Assembly (NCBI GenBank): GCA_934177995.1
Contig: CAKPPW010000001.1
Span: 11,378 to 75,377, forward strand
Reading direction: 5' to 3'
DNA: 64,000 nt
From: an uncultured Bacilli bacterium
GTDB lineage: Bacteria; Bacillota_I; Bacilli_A; RF39; UBA660
Part shown: piece by piece, positions 1 to 9,023 of the stretch
Numbering within the stretch: position 1 is the stretch's first letter
Layout: each line of letters opens with the position of its first letter
Program-made: the position numbers and the translations under genes
Notes under the pieces: generated by a model
The model's input: the letters and a program-made list of their open reading frames with translations, nothing else
What the model was told of the DNA's origin: nothing
Database searches by the model: none

Positions 1-324
1 AGTGATTTATTTGACCATGAAATAGATAAAATATATTTAAACTTTTCTGATCCTTGGCCTAAAAATCGACATGAAAATAGAAGATTAACTAGTAAGCTAT
101 TCCTAGAAAAATATAAAAATATTTTTAAAGATAAGGAAAGGATAGAAGTAAGAACTGATAATAGAGATTTCTTCTTGTATTCAGTAGAATCACTTGGTGA
201 TATGGGTTACTTATTAAACGATGTATCATTTAATTATCAGTCACCTGATTTAATAATGACTGAATATGAGAGTAAATTTAGGGGAAAAGGTGCAAATATT
301 TATCATCTTTTTGCAGAAAAATGA
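1..324 (+). CDS. trmB: tRNA (guanine-N7)-methyltransferase, C-terminal part (gene starts upstream of the window)
   Basis: Frame-1 translation SDLFDHEIDKIYLNFSDPWPKNRHENRRL... matches the conserved TrmB 'FPDPWPKKRHHKRR' region. Stop codon at 322-324. Confidence 0.6.
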   Translation, partial: SDLFDHEIDKIYLNFSDPWPKNRHENRRLTSKLFLEKYKNIFKDKERIEVRTDNRDFFLYSVESLGDMGYLLNDVSFNYQSPDLIMTEYESKFRGKGANIYHLFAEK

Positions 325-373
325 TTTAAAAAGTCAATATTATTTGTTATAATAAGATAAGAGTAGGTGAAAT

Positions 374-1054
374 ATGAAAAAGAAAATACTATTTCTTTCA
401 CTTCTTTGTTTTGTAGTAACTGGTTGTAGTAATCTCTCTAATAAAAGTATAGATTCTTTATTACCAATATTACTTAAAGAAAATAATAAACATTATAATG
501 TTGTTTATGATGGATATAAATACTATATTCCAAAAGGGATAAGATTTACCTCTAAGAAAGATTATAATGCTGTTTTACTTGATGAGAAAAATAGAAGTTA
601 TTATTTCTATAGTGATGTAATTCGTTATTATAATAAAGAGAAGTTGGATTATAAAGTTAATAAGGATGCATACTATTCTAAAAAATTAAATTATAATGGT
701 AAGAGTGGTTACTTGGAGATAACTAAGCTTGATAAAGATGATTCATATTTTATTGAATTTATGTATAATTATGGAAAGATAGAAGCGATAGTTAAAGAAA
801 AAGAGATAACAGAAGTATTACCATATATGAGTTCTATTTTAAATTCTATAACGTATAACAGAGTAGTTTTAGATACTTTAATTGGTACTAAAGTTCTTAA
901 TTATAAAGAAGAAACTTATAATGTTATGAAACCTAAAGGTAATGAAAAAACTAAAGAAAGTTATCTTGACTATGAAGAAAAATATGGTACTTATGAAGGA
1001 TATACTGAAAAGAATACAGATGAAGATAAAATAGATATTGAAGAGTCAGAATAA
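374..1054 (+). CDS. putative lipoprotein (hypothetical)
   Basis: N-terminus MKKKILFLSLLCFVVTGCS is a signal peptide plus lipobox Cys. Lys/Tyr-rich; no recognisable domain. Confidence 0.45.
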   Translation: MKKKILFLSLLCFVVTGCSNLSNKSIDSLLPILLKENNKHYNVVYDGYKYYIPKGIRFTSKKDYNAVLLDEKNRSYYFYSDVIRYYNKEKLDYKVNKDAYYSKKLNYNGKSGYLEITKLDKDDSYFIEFMYNYGKIEAIVKEKEITEVLPYMSSILNSITYNRVVLDTLIGTKVLNYKEETYNVMKPKGNEKTKESYLDYEEKYGTYEGYTEKNTDEDKIDIEESE

Positions 1055-2012
1055 TGAGGTGAATAAAGTGAAAATACTAGATAAGTTAAAGAATGCTCTT
1101 TTTGAAGAAGAGTATGTAGAAGTAGAAGAAAAAAAGGATAAAAAGGAAAAACCTATTGCTAAGAAGATAGTTTTACCAGAAACTAGAAGAGAAAGAAGAG
1201 AAGAAGCTGTCTTTGAAGAAGATGAGGTAAAGGAAGAATTACCAAAAGAAGAAAAGAAGACTTTTAAGTTTCCAGCTATTAGTGAAGATGATTTTGTTGA
1301 TATTAGAGAAAAAACACCTACAAGAGTTGAGGAAAAACCAAAACCTGTAGAAAGAAGAGAAGTACCACAAGATTTTCATCCAGCTTATCCACCAAGACCT
1401 GTGGAAAAAAAGCCTGAGAAGCTTCCTTATGGAAATAAAAAAGATGAGATTAAGATTGAAAGTTATGGAACTTATGAGAAGAAAGAAACAAAGAAAACTT
1501 TTCATCCATCACCTGTTATTTCACCAATTTATGGTTTAATTGATTCTGGTGAAACGAAAGAAGAAGTTACAACAAAGAAGGAAGTTAGAATAACAAGTAG
1601 TTATTCATCTAAAAAATTAGATGTAGATAGTGTTAGAGCTAAAGCTTATGGTGGTAATGATGATATTTTTGATGAAGAGTTAACATCTAGTGCTAAAGAA
1701 AAAAAAGATGATGATTATTTAGATGATAGAAAAAAGTATAAAGAAATTAGTGAGGAAGAAGCAGATACTAATTCTATGTTAGAAGATATTACTGATAATA
1801 CTCCTGCTGTTCCAAAGGTAACTGTAGGAGATGCTGAGGAATATTTTGAAGATTTAGGATTAGAATATAATGTTGACTATAAAGATATTTCTCATGAAAG
1901 AAAAACTGGTAGAAGAAGTGATTTAAGACATAAAGAAGATACAGAACCAGAACTTGAAGATAATTTATTTGATTTATTTGATTCAATGTATGAAGATTCT
2001 AATAAAGATTAG
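1038..2012 (+). CDS. low-complexity K/E/P-rich hypothetical protein
   Basis: 324-aa ORF overlapping the upstream gene by 17 nt. Charged, repetitive composition; no family assignment possible. Confidence 0.35.
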   Translation: MKSQNNEVNKVKILDKLKNALFEEEYVEVEEKKDKKEKPIAKKIVLPETRRERREEAVFEEDEVKEELPKEEKKTFKFPAISEDDFVDIREKTPTRVEEKPKPVERREVPQDFHPAYPPRPVEKKPEKLPYGNKKDEIKIESYGTYEKKETKKTFHPSPVISPIYGLIDSGETKEEVTTKKEVRITSSYSSKKLDVDSVRAKAYGGNDDIFDEELTSSAKEKKDDDYLDDRKKYKEISEEEADTNSMLEDITDNTPAVPKVTVGDAEEYFEDLGLEYNVDYKDISHERKTGRRSDLRHKEDTEPELEDNLFDLFDSMYEDSNKD

Positions 2013-2038
2013 TTATAATAGAGAAAGGAAGACTGATT

Positions 2039-2335
2039 ATGGAATTTGTCAATGTGTTTTTACCAGCAGTAATGTATAGTCTTTTAATTGTTCTTATTAT
2101 TGTACTGATTATCTTAGGTATTAGAGCAATAGAAACAGTTACTAGAATTAATACACTCTTAGATGATTTAGAAAAGAAAATGGACTCTATGAGTGGACTA
2201 TTTAATGTAATGGATTTTATTACTACTAAGGCAACTGTTGTTACTGATACTATCGCATCAACAATAATGGGGACAATTAAAAGTTTGGTAAAAAAAAGAA
2301 AACAGAAAAAGGAGGATGTTGAAGATGAGTTGTGA
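2039..2335 (+). CDS. DUF948/YtxG-like small membrane protein
   Basis: N-terminal TM helix followed by a coiled-coil. Architecture is typical of the DUF948 general-stress family and it is paired with a YtxH-like gene. Confidence 0.4.
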   Translation: MEFVNVFLPAVMYSLLIVLIIVLIILGIRAIETVTRINTLLDDLEKKMDSMSGLFNVMDFITTKATVVTDTIASTIMGTIKSLVKKRKQKKEDVEDEL

Positions 2336-2741
2336 AAAAAATAAAAGTGGACTAGGTAAGTTCATTGCAGGAGCTGCTATTGGAGCAGGATTAGGTATTT
2401 TATTCGCTCCTAAAAAAGGTAGTGAGACTAGAAGAGAATTAAAAGAAAAGATGGATGAATTAGTTAATAAAGCTAAGGACATCGATATGGATGAAGTTAA
2501 AGAGACTTTTGAAAGAAAAGTTGATGAAATCAAGGAAGAATTAGAAGACCTTGATAAAGAAAAGGCTTTAAAGATAGCTAAAAAGAAAGCAGCAGATATT
2601 AAGAAAAAATGTCAAGAGTTAGTTAATCTTGCTGTAGAAAAAGGAACACCTGTTTTAGAAAAAGCAGCAGAAGATATGCGTCTTAAAGCTATTGATGTTA
2701 CTAATGAAGTGTTAGAAAAATTAGAAGCAGCAGGAAAATAA
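2316..2741 (+). CDS. YtxH-like protein
   Basis: Motif GKFIAGAAIGAGLGILFAPKKGSETRREL is characteristic of the YtxH family, followed by charged coiled-coil. Confidence 0.5.
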   Translation: MLKMSCEKNKSGLGKFIAGAAIGAGLGILFAPKKGSETRRELKEKMDELVNKAKDIDMDEVKETFERKVDEIKEELEDLDKEKALKIAKKKAADIKKKCQELVNLAVEKGTPVLEKAAEDMRLKAIDVTNEVLEKLEAAGK

Positions 2742-2852
2742 AAATGTTTAAGAAAGTAGAGGTGTCCCACTCATGAACAATATAAGTTTACATCTAGTTA
2801 ACATAGGGGGGTATTAAGTAACAAAACTACTTTCTTTTATTGTGTAGTAATA

Positions 2853-2890
2853 AAGATAGAGCTATGAGACTAGTCCTATCTTTTTTGCTA
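2853..2890 (+). terminator. putative rho-independent terminator after the ytxH-like gene
   Basis: Hairpin aaagatag...ctatcttt followed by a T-run. Confidence 0.4.
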
Positions 2891-3102
2891 TGCTCCAAAA
2901 ATGGTTATATAGCCAAATGTCTAAATACAATTTTTATGATATGATTAAAATGTCAAGAATAATGATATTTATAAAATAAAGAATGGAAGGTGTGAGACAG
3001 TGATGAGAGCAGTAATATCAAACTGTCAAAGTAATAAATTAACGATAAAAAGGTATGAATCTATCATTTTGAGTAATACTAAAATAAAAGAGGTGGTAGA
3101 AG

Positions 3103-5001
3103 ATGAATAAGGGAAAGCTAAAAAATATATTAACGGTAGCAACATCAATATTTTTATTAATAATTGTAATAGGAATCAGTTATTCAGCCTTTATCTATAG
3201 TGGAATAGGTAAGAAAGAAAATACAATTACAACAGGTGCAATAACAATGCTTTATACTGAAAGTAATAATACTATCTCTATTAATAATGCCCTACCAACC
3301 ACAGATAATACCGGTAAAACTAGAAAAAATAGTGGAGAGTATTTTGACTTTTCTGTTAAGTCGTCTATCATTGGAAATACAGATATTAACTATGAAATAG
3401 CAGCTAAAGAAGAAACAGGTAATACTTTTAGTGGCAATAATATTAAGTATTATTTAACTACTGTAGATAGTACTGGAAAAGAAAAAGAAGTAATGGCACC
3501 AAGAACATACTATGAGGAGCCATCTGGTAATGTTTATACTGGAAGACCTTCTGATATGATGAGTTTATATGTAGGTAATTTAAAAGAGCAGGGAGAGACA
3601 ACAATTAATTATCGATTAAGAATCTGGGTAGATGAAAGTTATAATCCACAGAATGATAATGGAGGATTAACTTATAAAGTAAGAGTAAATGTTTATGGAC
3701 AAACTTCAGATACTGTAGCACAAGCAGAAGATACTTATTGTAAAGACAATGGCTTTACTACTTTATCAGATTGCATGTTAGTAATGAATAATCATGAAAC
3801 AACAGTAGAGTCTGCTAAAATCGCTATAAAGGCAAAAGGGACACCTGATTTTAATAAAATAGCACCAAACGATACAGAAACTGATGGACTATATATGGCC
3901 GAAGATGATGATGGAGAAAGCTACTATTATCGTGGAGCAGTTAAAAATAACTATGTATCATTTGCCGGATTCATTTGGAGAATAATTAGACGTAATGGTG
4001 ATGGTAGTGTCAGAATGATTTATTCTGGCAAGAGTACATCTGATACTGGAGATAATACTATGATAGGTACTTCTAAATTTAATGATAAGTACTGGGATCC
4101 AACTTATGTCGGATATAAATATAATGAAAGTTTTTCACTACATGAAAATAATGGAACTACAACATATAATTGGTTTACCAATAATCAAAAATATAATTAT
4201 GGAACAGGATACACTTTTGATGAGTCAACTAAAAAATTTACTTTAACAGGAGATATAAAACAATTAACCTGGACTGATAATCACGATGAGATAGTAAATA
4301 ATCAGTTATATAGTTGTTTGAATACTAGTTGTAATGTAGCATATAAAGTAACGGGATATAGTAATGCTACTACAATGGTAGTAAAACCAATAAGTTATAG
4401 TTCTAATAGTTTGGCAGATGCACAGACTAATACGACAGATTCAACAATCAAAGAAAAAATAGATAGTTGGTATCAAAACAATCTTGTAAACTATACTTCA
4501 TATTTAGCAGATACAACTTTTTGTAATGACAGAAGTATAGCTGGTGGTTCAGGATATTTGACATCATCTGGTACAGGCTATTCAGTTTATAGGCACCTTA
4601 CACAGGATAATAAGGCTCCAAGCTTAAAATGTAGTCAGGAAAATGATAGATTTAAAGTGTCAAATGAAAATGCTAAACTAAACTATCCTATAGGATTGAT
4701 CTTGGCAGATGAAGCAGCCCTTGCTGGTAGTAGATCTTTTTATCAAGAGGAGTATTCATCAAATACTAATTATTACCTATATAACGGAAAATATTATTGG
4801 ACGCTTTCACCTGCTCATTTTGAACAAAATATAACAGAGGCACGAATGTTTACTGTAATGAGTATAGGTGGTTTACATCCATGGTATGGTACATCAGGAA
4901 CGGCTGGTATCAGACCGGTTATTAATTTAAAACAAGATATGACTATATCTAAAGGTGATGGAACATCACTTAATCCTTACTCAATAAGATTAGGTTCATA
5001 A
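3103..5001 (+). CDS. membrane-anchored surface protein (hypothetical, Ser/Thr/Asn/Tyr-rich)
   Basis: 632 aa with an N-terminal signal-anchor helix and a large extracellular region. No confident family. Confidence 0.4.
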   Translation: MNKGKLKNILTVATSIFLLIIVIGISYSAFIYSGIGKKENTITTGAITMLYTESNNTISINNALPTTDNTGKTRKNSGEYFDFSVKSSIIGNTDINYEIAAKEETGNTFSGNNIKYYLTTVDSTGKEKEVMAPRTYYEEPSGNVYTGRPSDMMSLYVGNLKEQGETTINYRLRIWVDESYNPQNDNGGLTYKVRVNVYGQTSDTVAQAEDTYCKDNGFTTLSDCMLVMNNHETTVESAKIAIKAKGTPDFNKIAPNDTETDGLYMAEDDDGESYYYRGAVKNNYVSFAGFIWRIIRRNGDGSVRMIYSGKSTSDTGDNTMIGTSKFNDKYWDPTYVGYKYNESFSLHENNGTTTYNWFTNNQKYNYGTGYTFDESTKKFTLTGDIKQLTWTDNHDEIVNNQLYSCLNTSCNVAYKVTGYSNATTMVVKPISYSSNSLADAQTNTTDSTIKEKIDSWYQNNLVNYTSYLADTTFCNDRSIAGGSGYLTSSGTGYSVYRHLTQDNKAPSLKCSQENDRFKVSNENAKLNYPIGLILADEAALAGSRSFYQEEYSSNTNYYLYNGKYYWTLSPAHFEQNITEARMFTVMSIGGLHPWYGTSGTAGIRPVINLKQDMTISKGDGTSLNPYSIRLGS

Positions 5002-5044
5002 AAGTGTTCTAAAATGCTTGCTATCTTCATAAGAAAATGTTATA

Positions 5045-5265
5045 GTAATTCTAGATTTCTGTGAAGAATGATAGTAGTTTAGAACGATTATTTTTAAGAG
5101 ACTTAGTGGTTGGTGAAAACTAAGATAATATTTTAGATGAAATACACATTTGGAGAAAGAATCGTGTTAGAGCGTTAATCTATTAAGAGCATAGTTTCTA
5201 TGAAATAAGGTGGTACCGCGGAAGAATCCGTCCTTATATTTGTAGAAACTTTTTATATTTTAAGG
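5045..5265 (+). promoter_or_regulatory. T-box riboswitch leader of tyrS
   Basis: Conserved T-box sequence AAGGTGGTACCGCGG at 5207-5221 followed by a terminator/T-run. Possible UAC specifier in 'gaaATACAca'. Confidence 0.7.
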
Positions 5266-5275
5266 AGGAATAAAA

Positions 5276-6508
5276 ATGACATTATATGAAGATTTAAAAT
5301 GGAGAGGTTTAATTAAAGATGTGACATCTCCAGAGTTAGAAGAAAAACTAAATAAAGGTGGAATGACTTTCTATATAGGAGCTGATCCAACGGCAGAAAG
5401 CCTTCATATTGGTCAATTTCCTACTTTCTTAGTTGCTGAAAGATTAAGAAGAGCAGGACATAAACCAATAATCTTAGTGGGAGGTGCTACAGGAAGAGTT
5501 GGAGATCCTAGAGGAACTGGAGAAAGAGAAAAAGCTGATATTAAAGTTATAGAGAGTAATTTTGTAAAGATTAAAAAACAAATGCAAAAATTATTTGGTG
5601 AAGACACATTAGTAGTTAATAACTATGATTGGTTTAAAGACTATAACTATATTGATTTTTTAAGAGATGTTGGAAAGTATGTAAATGTATCTTACATGAT
5701 TAATAAAGATTTAGTAAAAAGACAGATGGATATTGGTATTTCTTATGCTGAATTTTCTTATATGTTAATTCAAGGATATGATTTTAAATATATTCATGAT
5801 CATTATGGAGCTGATTTACAGTTTGGTGGATCTGATCAATGGGGTAACTTGACTACAGGAATAGAATTAATAAGAAAACTAAATAATGAAGAAGTTTATG
5901 CTTTTTCTGTACCACTTATTGTTGATTCTACTGGTAAGAAGTTAGGTAAGAGTTATGGAAATGCTTTATGGTTAGATGAAGAAAAGACTACTAGCTATGA
6001 AATGTATCAATATATACTAAACTTTGAAGATATAATGATGGAAGAATATCTTAAGAAATATACCTTCTTAAATAAAGAAGAGATAGAAGCTATTATGAAG
6101 GAACATAATGAAACACCAGAAAAACGAATTGCTCAGAAGAGATTGGCTTATGAGGTAATAACATATCTTCATGGAGAAGATGCCTATAAACAAGCTGTTA
6201 AGATAAGTGAATCATTATTTAGTGGTGATATAGCATCTTTAACTTCTAAAGAAATAGAACAAGCCTTTAAGGGAATAGAACAACAAGAAATAGATAAAGA
6301 ATATTTGTTAGTAGATTTATTAGTAGAAATGGGAATTTGTAAAAGTAAAAGAGAAGCTCGTGAATTTATTACTAATGGAAGTATTAGCATAAATGGTAAA
6401 AAAATAACAGATTTAGAATTTATGGTTACAAAAGAAGTTGCAATTGAAGATAAATATATTATAATTAGAAGAGGAAAGAAGAAGTACTTCATTATAGTAT
6501 TTAAGTAG
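5276..6508 (+). CDS. tyrS: tyrosine--tRNA ligase
   Basis: HIGH-like motif (AESLHIGQ), KMSKS-like motif (KKLGKS), C-terminal S4 domain. N-terminus resembles Bacillus TyrS. Confidence 0.9.
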   Translation: MTLYEDLKWRGLIKDVTSPELEEKLNKGGMTFYIGADPTAESLHIGQFPTFLVAERLRRAGHKPIILVGGATGRVGDPRGTGEREKADIKVIESNFVKIKKQMQKLFGEDTLVVNNYDWFKDYNYIDFLRDVGKYVNVSYMINKDLVKRQMDIGISYAEFSYMLIQGYDFKYIHDHYGADLQFGGSDQWGNLTTGIELIRKLNNEEVYAFSVPLIVDSTGKKLGKSYGNALWLDEEKTTSYEMYQYILNFEDIMMEEYLKKYTFLNKEEIEAIMKEHNETPEKRIAQKRLAYEVITYLHGEDAYKQAVKISESLFSGDIASLTSKEIEQAFKGIEQQEIDKEYLLVDLLVEMGICKSKREAREFITNGSISINGKKITDLEFMVTKEVAIEDKYIIIRRGKKKYFIIVFK

Positions 6509-6516
6509 GTGAAAAG

Positions 6517-7779
6517 ATGGAAAAAAATAAAAAATTATTAAAATGGTTAAAATTTTTGGTGATAGTGTGTATTGCTATTATAGTAGTAGAAGGTATTTAT
6601 ATAGGAGTTAAAATTTATCAAGCTAATAATAATACTGTTTATGTTGATACCTTAAGTTCAATTGAAAAACTAAAAGATGGTTATCTTGGTAGCGGTAGTA
6701 GTGACTTTAAACATAGTAAATATAATAAGTATAGTAAAGACTACCAAAAAGCTAAGTTAGTTAAGTATGATAAGAATGAAAGAATAGTATTTGAAAGTGC
6801 TTATACTAAAGGATATGATTCTTATTTCTATGATGCTAAACAAACTAAAGATGGTTATATTGCTGTAGGTTCTGCCGCTTATACTAAGACTCAAGTTAAG
6901 GAAAAGACTAAGGATGGTTTAATTGTTATCTATGATAAAAATGGTAAACAAATAAATTCTAAGACTTTACAAATAGCAGGTGATACTAAGTTTACTAAAG
7001 TAGTAGTAATGGATGATGGGTATTTAGTTATTGGACAAAGCATTTTAGAGAATATGACTATTGGAAATGATCCTGATGGTGGAGCTATTATGGTTAAATA
7101 TGACTTTGATTTGAAAGAAAAATGGCGTACTAATTATGGTGGTAGTAAATCAGGAATATTTAATGATGTAGTAGTAGATGATGATGCCATTTATCTTGTC
7201 GGAAAAGACGCTACTAGATATGGATTCTTTGCTAAATTTAGTAAAACTGGAGAAAAAGAATTTATCAAGACTTATGAATATACTGATGTAGTTGGTTTCT
7301 CATCAATGGCTAAAATAGATGATGATTTTGTAGTAGTAGGTGGAAAAACAACTAATATAGAAGCAGATGATAAAGATAAGAAAACAGAAGCAGTCTTACT
7401 AAGATATGATAAAGATGGTAACATCAAATATGAAAAGAGATATAGAGTTAATAGTTCCGCTAGATTTAATAAAGTAGTAGTAGATGGTGATAATATAGTA
7501 GCTATTGGTCATACAGCTAAGAAAGATAAAAAAGAATCAACTGATTCTTATAATGTCTTTAGATATAGTGGTATCTTTGCTAAATATAAGAAAGATGGAG
7601 AAGAAATTACTAAGAAGACAGAGACTGGTAGTAGGGATATTTACTTTAGTGATATGTTAGTAACAAAAGATGGCTGTATGATTGTTGGACAAACATCTTC
7701 TAAAGAATTAGGTGGTAATAATAAAGATTTAATCCCTTACTTCTTGAAGTATAATAAGAATGGAAAGATAGTTAAATAA
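6517..7779 (+). CDS. membrane-anchored repeat protein (beta-propeller-like, hypothetical)
   Basis: N-terminal TM. About six ~50-aa repeats with a DGY[IL].[IV]G-type signature (DGYIAVGSA, DGYLVIGQS, DDAIYLVGK, DDFVVVGG, GDNIVAIGHT, DGCMIVGQT). Confidence 0.4.
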   Translation: MEKNKKLLKWLKFLVIVCIAIIVVEGIYIGVKIYQANNNTVYVDTLSSIEKLKDGYLGSGSSDFKHSKYNKYSKDYQKAKLVKYDKNERIVFESAYTKGYDSYFYDAKQTKDGYIAVGSAAYTKTQVKEKTKDGLIVIYDKNGKQINSKTLQIAGDTKFTKVVVMDDGYLVIGQSILENMTIGNDPDGGAIMVKYDFDLKEKWRTNYGGSKSGIFNDVVVDDDAIYLVGKDATRYGFFAKFSKTGEKEFIKTYEYTDVVGFSSMAKIDDDFVVVGGKTTNIEADDKDKKTEAVLLRYDKDGNIKYEKRYRVNSSARFNKVVVDGDNIVAIGHTAKKDKKESTDSYNVFRYSGIFAKYKKDGEEITKKTETGSRDIYFSDMLVTKDGCMIVGQTSSKELGGNNKDLIPYFLKYNKNGKIVK

Positions 7780-8135
7780 TGAAATATTATTTATTAGAAC
7801 CATTTGCTAAAGATTTATCTGTTGAAAAGAATCCTCCTTTAAGTGAGAAAGGAATAAGAATGGCTAGAGTTTTGGCTCTAACTATGAAAGGTATTTCAAT
7901 TGATTATTGTTATACTGATACTTCTATAGCTTCTTTTGGAACAGCTTTATTATTAGTAGGTGATAAGCTTATAGTAAATAAAGTAGCTGCTTTAGATAAA
8001 GAATTAGAAGAAAATGTTACTTCTTTTATAAAGGAACTTAATAACAAATATAAAGAAGGAACAGTTTTAATTATAGCAGAAAAAAGTGTACTATCTATTA
8101 TTGATAAGTACACTGATGCTATATTTATTTCATAA
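7779..8135 (+). CDS. hypothetical protein
   Basis: 118-aa ORF abutting the upstream gene. Weak resemblance to the N-terminus of histidine-phosphatase proteins but no RHG motif. Confidence 0.3.
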   Translation: MKYYLLEPFAKDLSVEKNPPLSEKGIRMARVLALTMKGISIDYCYTDTSIASFGTALLLVGDKLIVNKVAALDKELEENVTSFIKELNNKYKEGTVLIIAEKSVLSIIDKYTDAIFIS

Positions 8136-8166
8136 GAAAAAAGACTTTGTTAATAAGTCTTTTTAC
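8136..8166. terminator. bidirectional rho-independent terminator between convergent genes
   Basis: aaaaagact...agtcttttt hairpin flanked by A/T runs. Confidence 0.5.
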
Positions 8167-8765
8167 TTGTTATAGAATTCAACGATTAATGATTCATTGA
8201 TATCTGCATTTAATTCACTACGTTCAGGATATCTAACGTAAGTACCTTCTAATTTATTTTCATCAAAAGTAATGTACTCTACACGGTTAGTAACCTTAGA
8301 AATAGCTTCAAGTGCAGCTTTATGATCTTTAGAATTTTCCTTTAAAGCAATCTTGCTTCCTGGTTTAACTCTATATGAAGGAATATCAACTTTCTTACCA
8401 TTAACAGTAATATGTCCATGGTTTACAAGTTGTCTAGCTCCACGACGAGTAGTAGCAAATCCCATACGATAAACTAAGTTATCAAGACGAGATTCAAGTA
8501 AGATTAAGAAATTAGTACCGTGAACTCCAGCCATTTTACTAGCTTCATCAAATGTCTTACGGAATTGTCTTTCGTTAACACCATACATGAAACGTAATTT
8601 TTGCTTTTCTTTTAATTGATTAGAGTAATCACTAGGTTTACCTTTTCTATCTTTACCATGTTGACCAGGTCCATAAGGACGTTTAGCTAATTCTTTACCA
8701 GTTTCAGTTAAAGAAAAACCAACACGACGAGATTGTTTATAACTAGGTCCAGTATATCTTGCCAT
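8163..8765 (-). CDS. rpsD: 30S ribosomal protein S4
   Basis: [19 protein letters not shown]... is canonical S4. Start chosen at the ATG preceded by GGAGGA rather than the upstream in-frame Met. Confidence 0.9.
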   Translation of the reverse strand: MARYTGPSYKQSRRVGFSLTETGKELAKRPYGPGQHGKDRKGKPSDYSNQLKEKQKLRFMYGVNERQFRKTFDEASKMAGVHGTNFLILLESRLDNLVYRMGFATTRRGARQLVNHGHITVNGKKVDIPSYRVKPGSKIALKENSKDHKAALEAISKVTNRVEYITFDENKLEGTYVRYPERSELNADINESLIVEFYNK

Positions 8766-9023
8766 AAAAATCCTCCTTTCTTTTATAAATTGCATCTTCT
8801 TGAAATATTATTTCCAATACTTTCTATGGGAGTTTTGTTTTGTTCTTTCGCTTCACAGCAACGAAGGTACTTGAAACTTTCAAAAAACACATATAAAAAG
8901 GCGAAATATTGCTGTTCAAGTAAAATTGCAGATTTATTGTAATATAAAATTGTAGATTTGTCAAATATTTTGTAGCTAAAAAACTAGGATTATGGTATTA
9001 TTAAATAGTAGGTGGTGAGCTAT

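Noticed and set aside
1239-1505. 88-aa minus-strand ORF inside the K/E-rich gene, and similar antisense ORFs at 1789-1986, 2258-2533, 5413-5607, 6184-6492, 7910-8113, 12661-12861, 19114-19329, 29974-30180, 36803-37018, 40807-40989, 47902-48147, 49186-49446, 49884-50171, 57008-57223 and 60885-61148
   Set aside because: All lie antisense within well-supported genes, have low-complexity F/L/S-rich translations typical of AT-rich antisense frames, and lack RBSs.
8733-8942. 69-aa ORF upstream of rpsD
   Set aside because: Sits in the rpsD 5' leader/promoter region on the opposite strand; no RBS and no homology signal.
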